Below are positions 25,701 to 37,627 of a stretch of 64,000 nucleotides of DNA, piece after piece (position 1 is the stretch's first letter; each line of letters opens with the position of its first letter). The stretch lies in assembly GCA_001687465.1 (NCBI GenBank), contig LVLI01000035.1, forward strand, positions 1 to 64,000, read 5' to 3'. The notes beneath the pieces are model-generated. The model was not told the origin of the DNA and ran no database searches. It worked only from the letters and a program-made list of their open reading frames with translations. Source of the DNA: Halocafeteria seosinensis (Eukaryota). A program made the translations under genes and the position numbers.

Positions 25701-26551
25701 AAGTCTGTGCTCTCCGAAATGCTTACCATCAGTTTTCTGTGGTTCTTCCAAATTTTTGGCAGCTTGTGGCCGAACATGTGGGGACGGACAAATCTGCAGC
25801 AGCATGCCGAGAAAAATGGAGCACGCTTCAGCGTCATGCAGATACTTACACGGGGGCGAGTAGTCGCCCGAACAAACAACCTAAGAAAGCGGCTAATGAA
25901 GGTCATGGGTCGGCGAGGTCAAATACAGAAAATTCTAATTTCAAGCTGGCAAAAAAAGGAACAGTAAAACGCCGTCGGCAAGTTCGAGATATTGTTAATC
26001 GAGAGTCACAACAGGAGAGAGCTGACGATATATTTGAAAGCATTGAGCGTGTCCACGTGAGTACTCCTGGAGCTCGCCCAACGGAAAGAACCTCTTCTGG
26101 ATTGTCAACGTTCAACACTTCATTTGGGTTGAATACAAAGTCTGCAAGAAAGCGCAAGAGACAGCAGGCTGATGATGATGAAAGCGCGTCGGTTGCGACG
26201 TCTTTGTGGCAAGATGACAGCGGCGAATCCCCGCGTATACTGCGAAATAGCGATCGGGGAGAGTATGATTCGTTTATCGAGCAATCCAAGAAGATGCAAA
26301 ATGTGGGACCCAAGGCGCGATACAATGTGCGAGCTTCCACGATGCATGATACTGCAGCATCCAAATCCTCCACACCGAAGCGGGGCACTAGGGTTGCAGC
26401 TACTCCTGGGAAGCAAATCCCTGGGGTAGATGCATCAATGACTCCTGGTGGAAGCACCAGAGTTAACTGGCATATGGATGAAGCCGACAACGATGACATG
26501 GTGGAGTTTCAAGTGGATGACAACGGCGAAGCGTACATAGTGAGGTCGTGA
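22767..26551 (+). CDS. SANT/Myb-domain protein resembling the MIS18BP1/KNL2 C-terminus, 3 exons
   Basis: WSNEEVCAL...FWQLVAEHVGTDKSAAACREKW SANT domain followed by KLAKKGTVKRRRQVRDIV...DDIFES; two introns link ATG 22767 to ORF 23531. Confidence 0.7.
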
Positions 26552-26665
26552 GCGCATGACGCCTAGTGCTGATAAATACACTCGAGAACACTAAATCAAA
26601 ATTGAAATGTTCTCGCTGAACGAATCATCCATATAATCTATGGGCCCTTGATCCTGGATCGCCTC

Positions 26666-26683
26666 TGTGTGTGTGTGTGTGTG
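26666..26683. repeat. (TG)9 microsatellite
   Basis: Direct reading; lies between convergent gene ends. Confidence 0.95.
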
Positions 26684-26699
26684 GAAACGAGATTTCCCG

Positions 26700-28655
26700 C
26701 TAGATTTTGCTCAAACCCACAAAAATTAAAGCTAACATCAGCACACCTATCCAAAATGTGAGCGAATACTTGTACCAATAGAAACCAACGCCCAAACAAC
26801 TAAACAAGGAAAGAAATACCAATACTTTCCCGAGTAAAAACGAAAGAGTATACTCAAAATACTCTATGACTATTCCGGGGATGGCAAATATTAAGCCAGC
26901 TATCACGAGTTCCCCCGCAAAAAACAAACATAAAAATACAATGCCATAAGCGTTGGCTCGTAGCCATGTTCTCATCGTTTGAATAGATGCCAGAAACGTC
27001 GACTGATTAGCGGCCTCGGCAAGCGTCCCTAGCACATCCTCCACTGTACGAGTCGGCTCCCCTGATGGCGGAGTAGCTCCATCCGCCGCTGTATTCCGTT
27101 TCCGGTCACCAACAGTATCTGGCTTGGAATTAGATTTCGTCTCGCCATTACCCAAAATCTCTTGGCTCTCTTCCTTATCAAGTTTTGTCGTACTAGGATC
27201 CTGATGGCGAGTATCGACTTCGTAAGAGGAGTGGTCTGCGTCCTTCGTCAGCTTCCGGTCGGCAGGTCCCGTCGACCATATGGGCTCTGCATGTGTACGT
27301 GTATTCTCAGTGACATTCGTACGCCTTGCATTCAACATATTAGGCGTTGAGATGGTGGCCGTAGGTCGCGTACTGGAACTTTGATCGCGAGAGTTCACAT
27401 GAGCAGAATCAGCAGCTGCGGGAGCACCTCCATTATGGGAGGATCCTGTCGTCCCATCTGAGGAATCTCCTATTCTTGATCGCGGCATGTTATCGAGGAT
27501 GCTCTCATCGTTGCCAGCTTCGCTATTGGAAACTCCATGACGAGATGCGAGGGGTCTTCCGTTTTCTACTTGAGGAAGTATGCCACCCCGCGGCTGGTGC
27601 GGCTGGAAAGAGGCTGAGGGTGAAGCGTCAGTCATTGACCCCTGTTCCACAGGTGTAGCATCTACATGTTCTTGTTGTCTAGTCATCTCAGCTCGCACCC
27701 CACCAAGATCCTCTCGTTGCTGGGGAGAGCTAGGACATGCAGCGTCTTTCACTGATGGCTGTTCAACGTGAGCGACGTCTGCTTCTTTTCTCTGGCGCGT
27801 CGATTGTGTCTTGCTAGGCGTCTCCTGGTGATGAAAAGATGGTGACGTATCTTCCGCTAATGCTTGTTCAACGTGTGCGTTGTCTGCATCTTTCTGTTTT
27901 CTAGCCGTTTCCGATCTCGTCTTGCCAAGAGTCTGGTTTTGAGGGAGAGACGGCGATGGTGAAGCAACGTGAGCATCTTTCTGTTTTGTATCCATTTCCG
28001 TTCGCGTCCTACCGGGTTTCCGTTCCTTATGGAGAGACCCCGAAGATGAATGGTCTTCCACTGATGCCTGGTGGGAGTGCGCATCGTCCTGTTGTCTATC
28101 CGCTTCTTGTTCGTTAGACGGAGGGTCTTGTGGGGCAGAAGACTCTGGGTTTTTCACTTGTGGTTCATCGACGCGAGCATCACTTACATCGTCTTTTTTG
28201 CTCCTTGCTTCAGTGCCTACCTTACCAGGCGCACGTGCCTCCGGTGACGATGAAGACTTCGACAATGGGGTGTCTTTCCTTGGTGATTCCTCCACATGAG
28301 TCTGGCTTGTACCTGTGGGGTCTGGAGTGTTAGAGACCTTAAGGGTCTCGCCTTCTGTCTGGGTCGGTGTAGAGGCACTTCGGTGTCGTCGCTTCGCTTT
28401 CAAGGACTCGCGTATCGCCTCTGCGCGTCTTCGTTTTTGTTCTGTTGCCTGCCGTAGTTGCTGGCTTGTATCAGTCGGAGATGGCCGATGTGTCTTCGTC
28501 ACATGGTCTGCCTCTCGAGTATCGGTGATCTTTGACGCTCCTTGAGAGATGAGCATTAGGAACAAAAGTAGAATGATGCCTCCACATAGCCGCCGTGTGT
28601 ACGATGATCGTGGTCGTGTCTGTTTTTCACACTTCCCAGCAATTCCTTGGCCCAT
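26700..28655 (-). CDS. Intronless membrane protein: N-terminal TM/signal, repeat-containing disordered region, C-terminal TM helices
   Basis: 651-aa ORF; LCGGIILLLFLMLI near the N-terminus; about 3 hydrophobic segments at the C-terminus. Confidence 0.75.
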   Translation of the reverse strand: MGQGIAGKCEKQTRPRSSYTRRLCGGIILLLFLMLISQGASKITDTREADHVTKTHRPSPTDTSQQLRQATEQKRRRAEAIRESLKAKRRHRSASTPTQTEGETLKVSNTPDPTGTSQTHVEESPRKDTPLSKSSSSPEARAPGKVGTEARSKKDDVSDARVDEPQVKNPESSAPQDPPSNEQEADRQQDDAHSHQASVEDHSSSGSLHKERKPGRTRTEMDTKQKDAHVASPSPSLPQNQTLGKTRSETARKQKDADNAHVEQALAEDTSPSFHHQETPSKTQSTRQRKEADVAHVEQPSVKDAACPSSPQQREDLGGVRAEMTRQQEHVDATPVEQGSMTDASPSASFQPHQPRGGILPQVENGRPLASRHGVSNSEAGNDESILDNMPRSRIGDSSDGTTGSSHNGGAPAAADSAHVNSRDQSSSTRPTATISTPNMLNARRTNVTENTRTHAEPIWSTGPADRKLTKDADHSSYEVDTRHQDPSTTKLDKEESQEILGNGETKSNSKPDTVGDRKRNTAADGATPPSGEPTRTVEDVLGTLAEAANQSTFLASIQTMRTWLRANAYGIVFLCLFFAGELVIAGLIFAIPGIVIEYFEYTLSFLLGKVLVFLSLFSCLGVGFYWYKYSLTFWIGVLMLALIFVGLSKI

Positions 28656-29126
28656 ACTTGGTCTCCGCTGCTGTCACATGAATGGCCCCTATCCCACAGA
28701 CAAACATACCGAGCCCCACTTACCCCCTGGGTACTGCTGCAGTGTGGATAGTATATCCGTTGTACTATCAATTCGTATCCGCTACTTCCATCAACTCAAA
28801 AAGCCTAGACGCCCCCTGTGAAGTACTATATGGTCTTCCTTCCATTGAGTTGATAAACAGCAGCTGTGTAAGTAATACTACTACGCTATACTCAAGGTCA
28901 CCACAGCATAGAAGAAATTGTCAAACAAGTATACCACTGTTGTATACAAAGTTACTATGTGAGTACCAATATACCCTGCAGTTGAAATCACACTGTTTTC
29001 TTGAAGCGTGTAGACATGTATCTTGGAGCCCCTCTCGTTGTGGAATAGAGGGAGAGCACCACGCAGCATACAAGTGGTCAGTTCTTGGCTCATTGTTTGG
29101 CTGCTCCAGGAAATTGTGGGTCTACA

Positions 29127-32033
29127 ATGAACAGAGGTAGGGGAGGGAAGACTCCCTCACACGGACCCAGCAGAGGCTCTTCCAATAGTGCCGCTGGTCG
29201 AGGCTCCCCAAAGACATTGAGCAGCAGTAGTAGCGTCAGGTCAGGGTACGCTAAGAACTACAGGGATGGGAGGATTACGACTGATCCGGCGAGGCCCCCC
29301 GTTCGTGGGATAGGTGAGAGTAGGGGGCAGCGAAAATCGACACAAGAATACGATGTGATGAGCGGCAAGAAGAGCGGCGGCACCAAAACGACTCGTCCAG
29401 CAAGCGCCAGGAAAAGCGAATGGACATCTTCCCAGACGACATTCCGTCCTAAAAAGTCGGCGAATTTGCTTTCGGATGGATATTCTCGTGTAGAAGAGTT
29501 GCCGCAAAAGACACCGGGCCGGAGCCGTTCGCCGCAACAACATGATACAGCCAGTGGCGGGAAGAGCACTCGTCCAGAACGCATAAAGGAAAATGAACCA
29601 ACGGCGAAGTTCTACTCTAGAGACTCTGACTATGCGTGGTCCTACGCAGCATCCCCCTCCGAAGAGTTGATTCGAAAGACATCTGAAATGATCCAGCGCC
29701 TACATTCTGCTCACGTAAATCACCCAGTGGTAGTACATTCTTGGAGTGAATGCGGTTATCGACCATGGTGGCCACCGAGGGATATGTTTGAAGAAGGATA
29801 TCCCCTGGAGTTTCCACCGCCCGCGGAACTGGTCTTCTCTACGCGAGCATTAACTAACCGCGACACCACGGAGGAAGAATACAACTACAGCTCATCGGGA
29901 AGCAATGTTGAAGGTCTTTCGCAGGGTGCGTCACAATCTGGCCAGGTCCGTTATGAGCGTCCGAGCCGAGACAGTTCTCAGCAGTTTTCGCGGGAGGAAA
30001 GTTGCCGCGAACCGGGGGGTGAGAGTTATGCTTATGCCAGTACCGGGACGTCGTCTGGACGAGCTTATTCTGAATCGAGACCTGTCGATGGGTCAGCCGA
30101 AAACGAAAGGCTTGTCCGGATGAACCATGAAGGCACCTCAAGTACAGTTCATAGGCATTCATTGTATGACGATAACCTGACCGATTCCTACGTTCGTGGA
30201 ACGAGTACTTCACGAACTGACGCACATTTCCTGCGGGAGTCCACTCATCGTGCATTGCAGAAACAGGTAGAGGATGCTAAAATTGAAGAGTCTGCTGGCA
30301 ATTTCCGACGCGCTGGGGAGAAACAGTTAACGAGGGCATTCGAGACCAGCAAGGAGGCGGGTTTGGAAGAGAAGGAAATGGAGAGAGGGGGCGCGCTTCA
30401 ATCGTCTCAGAGAAGTGATCGTTTCGAAACGAACATATGTGCTAATATGCCTCGGACACAGCCGTCGACAGACGGAAATGAGAGCACAAAACTGGACTAC
30501 TTAGCAGAGCTGTTTATCGAGTCTGGTGGAGACTCCGATAGATGCACTTATAGTAGGCGCCAACTGCGGTATGCGCTGCACCATTGCCGGGGAGACGTCA
30601 ACGAAGCTGCAGCATACTTACTCCGCATTGACGAAGACGCAGTCCTGGAGAGCAAAGGGGACCAAAGTCCGCAGGAAATTGGTCGCCACTCAATTGATGG
30701 TGATAGGCTAGAGACCAGAACCAGTCCGTCTTGTCAGCGCTTCAGAGAGGATACGCTTATTAATCTGCAGCAATCATTTCCTAACTTAGAGAGAGAAGCT
30801 ATCAAAGTTGTTCTTGAGGAGAATGACTTCGATGAAGCCAGGACAAGTAGAGCTCTTAATGAAATGCTAGAAACAGAGTATGGTGAAAAAGCTACGAGCC
30901 AAACAGAAGGTGTAGCTGTGCCGTCCTTCTCGTACCAATACTCTACTACCGCGGATTCACCAAGAACGGAGTATCCGAAACTTGGGAGGCCGAGTTGGAG
31001 TGCTGTCGCCGCTACCAGTGAAAGCAGAAGTTCATGGATCGAGTCAGAAGACAACCGTGAAACACTGAAGAGGATCGCGACTCTTTTCCCCTTAATTGAT
31101 AGGGGTACTATTATTGATGTTTTTATAGAATGCCGAGGAGATGAATTAGCTACTCATGAGGCGCTACATCAGTTAATGCCAGATGAGTACTCTCGTTGTG
31201 TAGGTAGATTCCCCGACTCTAATGATCCTTTTGCAAGGTTACAAGAACCGACGCCAAGCGATAGGAAGGAGTATTCGGAACACCTGAGAGCGTTAAGAGC
31301 TAGCGAGAGTGGTGATAGGCAGAGCAACGTCAGGTACTCCTCTGCGGCTAGGGCTAGTCCCGCGGTATCAGAACCGCGAACCATCGTCGGGGAGAGACAG
31401 TATACGCATGATGCTAATCACAGCACAAGTAGTGACTTGCGAAACTGGCAACATATATCTGAAAGTATTAAAGAGTTTCAGCGTCTTAAAACACAATACA
31501 TGGAGAATGCTAGTCGTCAGAAAGGAGATATAAGGACATTCTACTTACAGAAATCCCAAGAGCTTGATAAAGCAATTACAGAGCTACGTAAGGAGAACGA
31601 CTACATGGTGATGAAGGAGCGAGAGCGTGTGAAGTCTTCCAAGGGATTGAATGCGGGATCTGGTCGTCACGATCGCAACCCACACCATCGTGGTAGAGCT
31701 TCCTTGACTTACAATGAAGCAGATGTCTGGTTACGAGACCCGAATACAAGCTCAAATTATACGCCTTCTGTTACCGAGGGCCACGAATTCGACCTCCATG
31801 GATTGAGTATGTGGGGTGCAGTTGACTATGTGGTGGAGGAGCTAATTCCTGCTGCCGCCAGCAATGGTATCCACAAATTTCATTTGATCGTTGGACGTGG
31901 GAATCATTCAAGAACACCCGGAAGATCCGTTTTAGCAGAAAAATTGGGTGCGGTCCTTCGTGAGCAAAAGGCTGCAGGAAATATTGCTTCATTCCAGTCT
32001 GGGGACGCCACTATCACGGTGCGGGTGACCTGA
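29127..32033 (+). CDS. CUE/UBA-domain plus Smr endonuclease (Cue2/N4BP2-like)
   Basis: CUE-like LQQSFPNLEREAIKVVL and IATLFPLIDRGTI; Smr motifs FDLHGL and LIVGRGNHS at the C-terminus. Confidence 0.88.
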   Translation: MNRGRGGKTPSHGPSRGSSNSAAGRGSPKTLSSSSSVRSGYAKNYRDGRITTDPARPPVRGIGESRGQRKSTQEYDVMSGKKSGGTKTTRPASARKSEWTSSQTTFRPKKSANLLSDGYSRVEELPQKTPGRSRSPQQHDTASGGKSTRPERIKENEPTAKFYSRDSDYAWSYAASPSEELIRKTSEMIQRLHSAHVNHPVVVHSWSECGYRPWWPPRDMFEEGYPLEFPPPAELVFSTRALTNRDTTEEEYNYSSSGSNVEGLSQGASQSGQVRYERPSRDSSQQFSREESCREPGGESYAYASTGTSSGRAYSESRPVDGSAENERLVRMNHEGTSSTVHRHSLYDDNLTDSYVRGTSTSRTDAHFLRESTHRALQKQVEDAKIEESAGNFRRAGEKQLTRAFETSKEAGLEEKEMERGGALQSSQRSDRFETNICANMPRTQPSTDGNESTKLDYLAELFIESGGDSDRCTYSRRQLRYALHHCRGDVNEAAAYLLRIDEDAVLESKGDQSPQEIGRHSIDGDRLETRTSPSCQRFREDTLINLQQSFPNLEREAIKVVLEENDFDEARTSRALNEMLETEYGEKATSQTEGVAVPSFSYQYSTTADSPRTEYPKLGRPSWSAVAATSESRSSWIESEDNRETLKRIATLFPLIDRGTIIDVFIECRGDELATHEALHQLMPDEYSRCVGRFPDSNDPFARLQEPTPSDRKEYSEHLRALRASESGDRQSNVRYSSAARASPAVSEPRTIVGERQYTHDANHSTSSDLRNWQHISESIKEFQRLKTQYMENASRQKGDIRTFYLQKSQELDKAITELRKENDYMVMKERERVKSSKGLNAGSGRHDRNPHHRGRASLTYNEADVWLRDPNTSSNYTPSVTEGHEFDLHGLSMWGAVDYVVEELIPAAASNGIHKFHLIVGRGNHSRTPGRSVLAEKLGAVLREQKAAGNIASFQSGDATITVRVT

Positions 32034-32346
32034 TTATTTCACAGTTCGCTGCTGTGAACATGAAGCTTCTACAAGCAATAATAATACACATGCTAACACG
32101 TAATCTCCCGCGCACACACCCACCATGAGTTCCCTGAATCTTTTTCCTTGGTCAAACTTCTACCCGACATAATGTCGGCGACATTCACAAGGCTGGCTGA
32201 CTGAAGTTCACAGCGGCTCGCGACCGTTAAGATCCATTCGCCCTTTGTAATGAAGGTAGTTTATCTTTGTACTGAGTGTGCTAGAGATTTAAGGTTGAAT
32301 ATATGAAGTTCTGGTATCTACGTCTCGTTTTGTTAACGTAGCGCTA

Positions 32347-35300
32347 ATGGAGGAGCACAACGTTTCGTCATCGGACGATTCCACTCCCTCCTCGGTGTCC
32401 ACATCACAACAAGAGAATCAGCAGGAAGGCAACGCTCCTCCCACAGAGAGCGATACCGGTACTCGTGGAGCCACAGATGGCGAGGAGGAGGAAACAACCG
32501 AGGAGCAGTCGGGACGAGAGAGTGAGCGACGTGCTGCAGCTGCTGAAACGGGGAGGTATCGACGCCGTCATATAGCGATTGAAGGAGAAACCGAGCAGCA
32601 AGAGAGCGCCCAGGGTACCACATCTTCATCACGTGGCATGGAACATGATGAGAATGGTAGTGGGAACGGATCAAAAGATCAGCAGGGCGAAACAACGGAT
32701 GATACACTAGGTTACAGCACGCAACAAGAGTCGGGAACTGGTAACAGCAGTAGTCATTACGACCATTCTAGTGGAGAAGAGAGAGTCTCTTCTGAATACC
32801 GCATGTATTCTCAGAAGGAAGAGAGTCATGAAACTTGGGCAACAACAGTCCCAAGTCAAAGTAATCGTTCAGAACAAAGGGCCAACGATTCCTCGTCCCA
32901 AGTTAGCGGCACCGAAAGAACTGAGCATGCATCCAGTGTAAAGGCTCACGATCAGCAGTATTATCCTCAACAGAGCTCGAGATTGGCTTCCCAGGGTGCT
33001 TGGAACGTTGTTCGTGATGGGCAGGGGCGGATTTTCGAACAAGCTGCGCCTGCAGGTGCGGGTCGGTTTGTTCAGTCTCAGGATCCTTACTCTACCAGCT
33101 CTACAGGGAGTTACGAAAATATGAGCTCGGGGGAATATCAACAGTTTCAGCAGCGACTTTCAAGTCATATCGCTCGATTGCAGGAAGACTTAAACTCCAC
33201 AATGAACGTATGCAAAGAATTACGAAGCGAGAACGACGAATTGCGGAATCAGTTCGACAAGGTGCGCTATTATGCAACTTCGTTATGTCTAACATACTGA
33301 ATACTACATGATTGGTTCGTTAATACGCGTTAGCAGGTTCAAAGTGACTACATGGAATTGGCGGAGAAGTTCAATTCGGTTAGACAGCAGTGTATGGAAG
33401 AGGTGGAGTCAAGGGTATGGTATATCGTGTTTTGTATCGAGCAGCCGTTCTATAAATCGTTTTCACTTGCTGGTTCAGATTGCCACCGAGAGGAAATATG
33501 AAGAGTTTTGCGACGAATGGCGAGAACAGCTCCGACAGAAAGAAGAAGAATTCAAGAAATTGCGAGAAGAAATGCAGCCCCCGCCAGATCTAGACGAATT
33601 GAAAATTCAGATCCGAGAAGAGCTTGAAGGAGCATACAAAGAGAAGGAACAAGTAAGGAATTATTATGCGCTGCCATTTATCACTTGTACGGCTACTAAT
33701 GTGGATACGGATTATGATTGCCAGGAACTACAAAATACAATAGACGAATATCGTAGTCTCTACTACGCAGAACGGAAATTGGTAGAGGCGTATAAACAGC
33801 GTGTATCCGAACAGGAGTATAGCAGAGGTAAGCCATTGGAAGATCTAACCGCCACTGTGCGTCTTTTTACTTGGTGGAATGGGCTGATGATCAGAAAAGG
33901 AGTACGATGCGTTGAAGAAAAGCTACGAAAAGGAAATCGACCAGTTACGTGAAAATTGGCGCCAAGCGCAAAGCGAAATCGACAAAGCTCAAACAGATTT
34001 CGATTCCAAAGTTCGTAAAATTCGGGAGAACTATAACTATGCGGAGGGAGCTGCGCGAGCAGCAGAGGAAGAGGCGAAGGAGATGCGGCAACAGCGGGAC
34101 GACTTGAAGAATCAAGTAAACGACTTACAGTCTCAACTTGACCGCATTCAATCGGACCAGCAGCGCGAGCGTCAAGAAATGGAGCTGAAACTCAATTCTG
34201 CAACCAGCGAAAGAGATACTGAGAAGGAGATGAGACAGAGCAGAGATGAAGTGGTTGACGATCTGAAGTCAAGACTAAGTTCTTTGGAGACTGAGAATAT
34301 GCGTCTGAAGGATGAAGTTGATGGTTTGAAACGCCAGAGAGATTCGATTCAAGAGGAAAACGAGGCTCAGCTTCGCAGTTCGCGGCAGCAGGCCGAACGG
34401 AAGGAAAGTCAACTTCAAAGCCAGCTTGACTACGAACAGTCCCGCGCCGATACTGCTGAGAGAAGAGTTTCTGAGTTGCAACAAGAAATGAAGACATTAG
34501 AGACGAGCTATAAGGTAAAGGCTTATGTAGCCTGTTTTGATGTTTACGGCTAAATTATAATATTTCTTTCATAATGCAGAATAGAATCGACACACTTACA
34601 CAAGACTACGAGCAACGACTCTCAACTATGCAAATATTCAGTGACAGAGCCAACGACGAAGATACACTTGAGGACGACTTCGATGTATTTGGCGCGAAAA
34701 AACTTAAAAGTCAGCTTCACGAGGCTCAAAATTCCATGCAAAAGATGCATAAGGAACTTTCTGCTGCTCAAGCAGAAGCAAGGAAGTACAAGGACCTGTA
34801 CAACGAAGGATCCGCTGAAGTTGAGCGTCACAAGCGACAGATTGAAAAGCTGCAAGCTTCGGCTGACAAATATTCTGAAGTGCAGAATCAACTGAAACAA
34901 TATTCGTCCAATTGGAATGAAGTGAAAGGTAAACTGGTGTGGACTAGTAGCAGTGATGTTTTGAGACATTATGGCAAAGACTTTGTCTCTTCATTTTTGA
35001 GTGCAGAAGAGAAACGCCAACTGGAGGAATCCGTCGATCGTTTAAAAGATGAGCTGAGCAATGCGTCGGAGGAGAACAAACGACTGCAAGAAGCATCTCG
35101 AGTGAGTACTTGTCAGGCCTTTGCTATCAAGATGAAGTATTACCGGCTATTGGACGAGACTACAGGAACGAGACGAGACATGGCGTCAGTACCTCAATGA
35201 TCAGAAACGACAGTTGAAAAAAGAAAAAGCCGAAGAAGTCAAGAACATACGAGCTAAAGCGGAAGAATACAAACGAAAACTCTTGGATGTCTTCCGTAGA

Positions 35301-35540
35301 TTCCAAGAGCTCAAAGCAGTCTGTAGCGCCCTGAAGACGGAACGAGACATTCGTTCACAACATGAGAACTCTAGTTTACAGAGTGCGCAAAAACAAATTC
35401 GTCAACTGGAACGTGAACGCGAGCTGTACCTTCATAGTGCGGGTGGGGAGAACGAGGAGAATGAGGAGACCCACGAGTGGGAGGAGTCCAGCCATCTGTC
35501 TAGTGACGCATCAGAATCTGCCCACGAGGTCAAGCGGTGA
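32347..35540 (+). CDS. Multi-exon coiled-coil protein, CEP83-like
   Basis: DLDELKIQIREELE...ELQNTIDEYRSLYY resembles the remembered CEP83 segment LELLRAQIQQELE...DEEVEKYR; long heptad repeats; several GT-AG introns. Confidence 0.6.
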
Positions 35541-35556
35541 ACCCGTGCACACCATA

Positions 35557-36668
35557 TTATCCAACGCATACATATAAAAACCCATCAGGATGGCGCATAG
35601 TCTTGTAGACTTCCGAAACGGGGGCTGACGGCGGCACATTGATGCCGTGGCACAGTATTCGCTCGTATGTGTAGCCTGACGCCTCTAGGACCTTTCCTAC
35701 TGTTAGTTCAATACCATCAGCGTCACTTATGGTACCGCGAATCTGCTTGCATGGTCTGTCCTGGTAAAGAATGCGAAGCGGGAAAACCAGCTCTTTGCCA
35801 GGTTTTTCATGATTTGCTACCTCTTCTAGTAAAGGAGAAGAGGTACAGGTACCTTCGAAGTCTCCCTTTGTTAAGCAATACCATAGGCGTTCGTGCTTCG
35901 ACTTCTGCATTGTCATCACTGGTTGTACAGTGTCCTGTTGTAGATACACAGCTTGTTTCAGACTTTGGTTGAACCTCCACTTGACATCGTCGTCCTCAGT
36001 ACAGGGAGGAATCTGTGCGCAATGGAATGGTGAGCCGCCAGAGAGTATCAACCTGAGAGAGTAATATTTGTACGTACTGTATCTGTTGGTGGTTCCCCAA
36101 CATGAATCACCAGTCTCCATGGGACCAGCTGGTTAGCAGCCGACCCTACTCCAGGGGCGACAACAATATGGCCTTCGTTTGCCTCATACTCTGTTGGCAG
36201 TTGTGTGTGCGTTGCTAAACTCTTGTTTGTCTCGCTCGCGGTTGCGGCGACTGTCGTCTCTCCTTCGGGAGAATCGCGATGTTGCAAGCTTAACTGATGA
36301 ATATCATAGACGACCCCAGCTGGATATTGCCATCGAACCGGCACCTGTTTCTGTTCGTCTTCTATCCAAAATTGATCCTTCTGACTGGGTTTCTGTACCA
36401 TGAACTCCTTGAAGTAGTTCCATGCTGTGCTCGTGAGCAATGCCAGAGGTACATATGAGCACCTTGGAATCATCACCTGCGTTGTTGGTCGTCCAATAGT
36501 CTACAGTCTGTGTCATGTCATTGCATCCAATTCCTGTGAAGCGTGACGTACCAGTTGAGGCAACGGAGACGTGGATGCCGCGACATCGTGAGCGCACAAT
36601 TGAAAGAGTGCTGGAATACTGCCTTCCCAGACTTCGTTTCGGAGCCTAGCCTTTCGATATGGGTCCAT
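35557..36668 (-). CDS. ATG5: Autophagy protein ATG5, 3 exons
   Basis: VWEGSIP, PRCSYVPL, VRWQYPAGVVYD, PWRLVIH, FNQSLKQA (conjugation Lys) and HPDGFLYV; first exon ATG at 36668. Confidence 0.95.
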
Positions 36669-37627
36669 CACAGTAATCAATGGAGCTAGGACTGGAAACT
36701 ACCAACTAAGTTGTAGAATGATAGCATGACCGTACCGGAGGCATGTTGTACAAAAATCACGGTCGTTGAAGGCCCTACAAATATACGCTGTATGCGCATC
36801 TATTGAAGCAAGTTCAACCAAACGTTGAAGGAAGGATGTCGATTTGGTGTTTAGAATACAATGTCAGTCCCTTAAAAGGTGAAAAAATTCCATTGTGGTA
36901 GATAGTACATCGTTGATATTTCGACACCTACAGTACCTCCATTTTGTTTTTCAACTGCAGTATCGCGCTCAGGGAGCGAGGAATCGAAACCTGCGACCAC
37001 CACAGTCAAAGATCCACGTTTCACGAGTTAACATTACCCGTAGGTATCTCTAATGTTATCTTGGCACGAGAAGTGTCTTGATCGTAAGCCCCTCTGTAGT
37101 GTAGATGTCCCGGAAGGAATTTTGTGCGTCGACTCCTCCAAAGAGCCGTGCTGACCCCTTCCAAACAAGTCAGTACAGCACAGTTGACTTATTCCAACCG
37201 TGGTCCTCGCGAACCCTCCAGAATTGTGCCGTGTCGCTAACACGTCCGGCCACCAGCACTATAGGCAGTAGATGTACAATGAAAGCATTGCGTCCTTCGG
37301 TACATGTATTGACATCGATACTCTTACCTACACACGGAGTTAATGCTCGCTCGAGAAGGAAGAAGAGCGCAAAGTTGTACTAACAACATGTGTATCGAAC
37401 ATACCGAGCACATTATATGTGCATTCGAATAGCTAGCATCACCAACGGGGTTTTCAACATTAATCAGTGCTGTTAATGAGGAATTGAGAGTGGCCAGACT
37501 CGCAGGCAAGTCATCGCAGATACCAACTAATGTACACCAGGCAATAACAGTGTAGACGAAGATACAAAAAAGTGTGGATTGTTTACCTACTCGAATTACA
37601 CGAGTGTATTTCTTAGGGAATTAGTTT

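Noticed and set aside
32164..32178. Short intergenic palindromes (CCGACAT-A-ATGTCGG; also near 8671, 45815 and 60567)
   Set aside because: The arms are 6-8 bp and unrelated to each other, consistent with chance.
36972..36997. tRNA T-arm-like string (minus strand GGTCGCAGGTTTCGATTCCT)
   Set aside because: It has an extra T in the loop, and no acceptor stem, D-arm or anticodon arm can be formed.
37081..37455. RNase MRP-like motifs on the minus strand (GAAAACCCCG … GGGGCTTAC)
   Set aside because: The CR-I match is imperfect, P4 pairing is mismatched and I found no P1 helix; an Infernal search would settle it.
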